A stretch of 63,608 nt of DNA, the filler included, from Corallochytrium limacisporum Hawaii (lineage: Eukaryota > Protista > Pluriformea), in assembly GCA_002811645.1 (NCBI GenBank). It is 5 parts of 5 records of this genome, joined end to end, with 100 filler letters (N's around TTAATTAATTAA, not from the genome) between each part and the next. Parts side by side here need not be neighbours in the genome. Positions count along the whole stretch, not along the records: positions 58,739 to 63,608 come from PDIP01000005.1; 4 more parts are not named here. One strand, given 5' to 3'. This document shows, piece after piece, positions 59,360-63,608 of the stretch. Within the stretch, counting starts at the first letter, position 1; each line of letters begins with the position of its first letter. A program made the translations under genes and the position numbers. The notes under the pieces are model-generated. The model did no database searches, was not told where the DNA came from, and was given only the letters and a program-made list of their open reading frames with translations.

Positions 59360-61798
59360 TTACATTTCTTGGAGATCAACCCTGGCAGGCATATCAGATA
59401 CACTGCGATCGGGTGACTTTGTGGGAGAGGGTTCTGTGTCAAGGTCATCATCATCATAGTCGTCGTCTGCGTGGTAGTTGCTACCCGATGTGGATCTTCG
59501 CAGTTCGGCGTTGGGATTGTCAACCAAGTCAATCTTCCCTGCTGACTTCTTGCGCAAGACGGGCACCGTGTTGTGCAGTTCAATGTCTACAGTGCACGGC
59601 CCAAGCATGAACGGTTCTCCATCAATCTGAAATGGCAGCGGACGCTCGATTTCAATGGATATCTTGGACCCTTGGGCTACACGGTATCGCTTACCCACAC
59701 CAACCTGTACAGATCCCAAGTGAGCACTTCCCATGATGCCGACGACTTCAATCATGCCATCGTCCACCGACTGCGGCCCAAATCTGTTCTCCTTTGATGG
59801 AGTGCCCCACATGTCGACCCCTCCGTACATACTAGGAATGTTGACGAATGCTAGACCCTGTAGAGAGCTGTACTTGGCCAGATCAACTTGGTACCCGTCA
59901 ACCCACAGAGTGACATCCTTCCACAACCCTCGGGTGCTCTGGTTCAGAAACTCTTTGTTTCCAAGTTTGAAGTACACCAGTTTGTTGCCAATGCGGCTGT
60001 TGAATTTCTCTGGATGTTTCTCTCGCATGGTATGGAACTTGTGTGCAATGACAGCATCCGTTCCAAAGGAAAAGTAGTTGTTGATGATCGACAGCGGGAC
60101 CTTATCCCACTGGCCAGCAGTGGAAGGATCGGTCAGGCTGAAGTTGATCGACCAGCGATTCAATCGCGCCGCGTTGCTGACACCGATGTCGTAAAGATAC
60201 TTTCCCAGACTCTCTCCGCTGTAGCCACCACCCCAGCCAAAAGTGCGTGCAAAGTCATTGCCAGTGCCAAGGGGCAGCAAGGTAACTGCAGGCTGATGGT
60301 TAGCTCCGAAATTCAGTTTGTCAAGGGCAGAGAGTACCCAGCCTGCGGTACCATCACCACCGGCACATATGATGCGCAGATTCGGCAGACGACTAAACAA
60401 TTTCAGACCGGGACCAGGTCCCGTTGCTTTGAGATCATAAATCTGGCGCGGATTCAAGTACCATTTGAGCTTCTCCATCAGTTTCTTGCCTTGGTTGCCA
60501 CCGCTCGCAGGGTTCACAAATACCAGTACAGGTGTTTTGCCGCAGCGTTCCGGAATAACCTGCACTCCGAAAACAACGTCACCCGTTTCCGAGATGAAAC
60601 TGTTTGGCCTGAAGTGCGTGCTGACACCCGAGTCCTGTGATGAAGCTCCCAAGAGACCATTCTTAGCCACCGAGTATTCGTGAGTTGGCGTACTGCACCT
60701 CCCGCTGTCGCTCTCGGACAGGTTGCGCGCCCGCGCCACCACGTCTTGGAGGCAGAACGCAGAGTCGGGAATGATCATATCCGCGAGACCACCAAGCCGA
60801 CAGCAATCATCCCCTTGAGCCTGAATGCAATCCTTGTGCGCTCCATATTTGCACCAGCTGCAGCGAGAATTTTGTGCTCCCTTGTTATTGTATCCCCCGC
60901 ATGGCTTCGCACAGTAGAGGCACTTGCGCTGGTTGAAATTTCCCTTTACCCAATGATGTTTTTGTTCCGAAACATTTGCCTTCACTTCGCGCGTGTACGT
61001 GGGACGGCAGGTGGGAGGAATCGTCCGTGAGCATGACAGACAGGAAACATATCGACAAATACTACACCGTAGCACCCGCGCTGTCGGACCCGAAACTTCC
61101 TTATCGCACACCGAGCAGAACCATACACGGCCCGCCGACCGCTTGGGACGCATGAGATGGTGACTCTCACGGATCTTTTGTACATTGTTTGCGGCAGCAT
61201 CAAACCCAAACAGTACACTGATGGGAACTGACTCCAGGGCCATGCGGTCCCATGCGTCAGCAGTTAGGCATCCTTTGTTCTCTTCCATAATGATGGCCAT
61301 TTCTTCCTCTACCACCGAGATTAAATCTTTCGTGTGGTATCCCAGGGCGTCACTGGCAGCATGAATTTGTTGCAGCACATGTGGTAGTTCCTTTTCGGTA
61401 ATCAGACCCTCCTCATTACACAGGCTCTTGAACAGAATGTCCAGTTTATCTGACGCGCTACTCGAGTCCAGCAGAGCAATAACTGCCACAATGTCTTCAA
61501 ATTTAACCTTTCCTTGACCCTTGGAATCAGCTTGTTTAAAAAGACGATCACTGAAAGTTTCGGTTACGTTAGTGCGGAAATAGGTGTTCAGAAAGTCCCG
61601 AAAATCTGCTGGATTCAGCGCCAGGTGACGGGCTTGTGATGCATTCTTGACCCTGCCGCGTTCGATTAAATGGTCTACATACGCACTCCATGTGTTCCGC
61701 AACCTTGGTCCCTTTAGTGCCGTCAGATCTTCTAAGTCCCGTAGAACATCTGGGTCTATCTCGCCATTTCCGGCGGTCTTGGACTCATTTAACCCCAT
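59360..61798 (-). CDS. DGK: Type I-like diacylglycerol kinase (recoverin/EF-hand region, two C1 domains, DAGKc, DAGKa)
   Basis: EF-hand-like DSKGQGKVKFED; Cys/His C1 domains (HHWVKGN); VFVNPASGGNQG, GGDGT, LPLGTGNDFAR, NNYFSFG, QIDGEP; first ATG at 61798. Confidence 0.95.
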   Translation of the reverse strand: MGLNESKTAGNGEIDPDVLRDLEDLTALKGPRLRNTWSAYVDHLIERGRVKNASQARHLALNPADFRDFLNTYFRTNVTETFSDRLFKQADSKGQGKVKFEDIVAVIALLDSSSASDKLDILFKSLCNEEGLITEKELPHVLQQIHAASDALGYHTKDLISVVEEEMAIIMEENKGCLTADAWDRMALESVPISVLFGFDAAANNVQKIRESHHLMRPKRSAGRVWFCSVCDKEVSGPTARVLRCSICRYVSCLSCSRTIPPTCRPTYTREVKANVSEQKHHWVKGNFNQRKCLYCAKPCGGYNNKGAQNSRCSWCKYGAHKDCIQAQGDDCCRLGGLADMIIPDSAFCLQDVVARARNLSESDSGRCSTPTHEYSVAKNGLLGASSQDSGVSTHFRPNSFISETGDVVFGVQVIPERCGKTPVLVFVNPASGGNQGKKLMEKLKWYLNPRQIYDLKATGPGPGLKLFSRLPNLRIICAGGDGTAGWVLSALDKLNFGANHQPAVTLLPLGTGNDFARTFGWGGGYSGESLGKYLYDIGVSNAARLNRWSINFSLTDPSTAGQWDKVPLSIINNYFSFGTDAVIAHKFHTMREKHPEKFNSRIGNKLVYFKLGNKEFLNQSTRGLWKDVTLWVDGYQVDLAKYSSLQGLAFVNIPSMYGGVDMWGTPSKENRFGPQSVDDGMIEVVGIMGSAHLGSVQVGVGKRYRVAQGSKISIEIERPLPFQIDGEPFMLGPCTVDIELHNTVPVLRKKSAGKIDLVDNPNAELRRSTSGSNYHADDDYDDDDLDTEPSPTKSPDRSVSDMPARVDLQEM

Positions 61799-63608
61799 AC
61801 CTTTGTCAATTCCTGTTGTGTGACATGAAAACAAAAGTTATTCCCTTGATGTTGACTCCAAAACCACAGAAATAAATCTGTAGTTGGCTCAGCATAGCTG
61901 CATAGCTGTTGGTAATCTTTGTTTATTTGTACCCGCCATTGAGTCGAGCCAAATGTCACAGGTATACAACTCTGTCCCGTACGTCTTGCCTATGCCTGCC
62001 GCGACCCTGACCCGCAAACCCTGCCGGGCGCTGAAACAATTTCCCCCCTGCCCATATCCTACTGGCGGTACTCTCGGTACCACGGTACTCTCAGACTCCC
62101 TGTTGCGCTCCCTAGGTCAATCAGCGCTGTTCGTCACGGCCCCTCCTCATTCGGCGGTGTCTGAAACCCCCCCCCTCCCTTCCCCGGGGCGCTGCCGGGA
62201 CAGCGGTTGCCACCTCCCTAGCAGGGTCCAATAGTTTCATCGTCTGCGTCCATCCCGTGTTTGCGCCTACTCAGAATGGTAACTGAGGCACAAAGCTGCT
62301 TGAACGGGAGCGAAAGAGGCAGAAATTTAGCCGGGGAAGGCGAGGCCGTTGGATGAAATGATCGCTGTGAAAAAGTTCTGTGTCCCGGCTCCGTACCCTG
62401 GGCTTCGTTGTTAGCGAGGCTCTTAGTACTGAATGTAGGGAATGCCACCTCAGTGGTCTACACAACAGAAATTGATGAGCCCAAGATAAAGAGCAATCAA
62501 AACTCAGACCAACCCTCCCACCCACCTACACAGAGTCAAAGAGGGTGCGGTCCACCCACAAGACAAAACTCAATTTGGCGACGTCAAAGGGGCAGCTTGG
62601 GGTTCCGGCACTTTCCCTACACCACTATGGCACTGATTGACACATACCACCGTGCCTGGTTTGTCGTGGGCGCTATTGAGCAGAAACAATAGCGGAAACA
62701 ATGCCTCATGGTGTGCATGACGGTGGTCGTACCCTGGGCAGCTCAGAATTGTCATTTGGATGTGGTTACGGAAGCGTTTAGCTGTGATCCGACTGCAAAT
62801 GCGGTAGGCCTGTTAGTTTCGGTAGAGTGTTGCTGCACAGTTCCCTCAATACCGACCAATTTTTCGGGGGTTCATTTCAGTGCGCTACCCTGTCGCTTGA
62901 AAGCGTTACTACCACCGCTGGTAGAGAATCCCCTCTCCCCCCCCTAACCCTGGGGCCCGTTACTTTGGTTTCCTTAGGCACGGGAGAGCCCAACAGAAAA
63001 AAGGCCCCCCTTTCTGAGAGGCGACCCCTACCGTCTCTCCCTACTACGCGGGGAGGAGGAGCCCTCGCATCAGCCGAGCAGACGGAGATCGTGTATTCAC
63101 GTAAGCTTTCTGTCGTGATATGTCAACCGCGCCATGTAAGTTCCAACCCATCCCCCACCCTTTATCCCGTACCCGAGATTTTCTATGGGCTTTTCCCTGT
63201 GTTGGGTAACTCGGGGCTTAATTTAGCCGCACAGAGTCGATCACGATATACGCATGTAGTGCGCAGGCAAGCCACTAATTGTTCTGTTTCTTTCTCTTGT
63301 CCTCCGGTAAAAGAATGGGAACAGAGATTGTATGCCTGAGGAGTACGTGCATTATTCGTGCCCTGCACACGTAACCCTAAGCCTACAAATGAGAGAGCCG
63401 GCGGATGCAGCCACAGGTGCAAGCCAGAGAACGGTACCAGGTACTATCCTCTGAGTTGAATGTATACTCCGTATCCAACCAAAATTTTCGTTCGAAAATA
63501 TATACCGGATCGTCATGTATATGATTATTTATTCGATTCAACAGACAAATGTAAATGTTAACTATATAATGAAATCAATGAGGCAACTAAAATATTCGAA
63601 TCACTGAG

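Overview
Eukaryotic, gene-dense and almost intron-free DNA. It is five separate contigs/scaffolds joined by artificial N-TTAATTAATTAA-N linkers (1-26722, 26823-33802, 33903-49830, 49931-58638, 58739-63608), so adjacency across linkers is not biological. Gene content mixes animal-type genes (IRBIT/AHCYL-like pseudoenzyme, EF-hand type I diacylglycerol kinase) with genes absent or remodelled in animals (stand-alone Atg17, Rxt3/HDC1). This suggests an intron-poor unicellular holozoan such as a Corallochytrium-like protist (inference). Other genes: Chk1, DPAGT1, RPS12, TMA7, a PPR protein, an HSL-family hydrolase, an amino-acid transporter and a glycosyltransferase. Highlights: (1) the only clear introns are in RPS12, and each carries a box C/D snoRNA: a SNORD100-like guide, and a U51-like RNA with a second, U45-type 18S guide; (2) a secreted reprolysin protease fused to three tandem copies of an unrecognised ~237-aa domain; (3) a nearby disrupted RTX/serralysin-repeat gene of bacterial flavour; (4) a 7-kb contig bracketed by 190-bp inverted repeats. 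Family assignments and reference residue numbers are from recall, not from searches.
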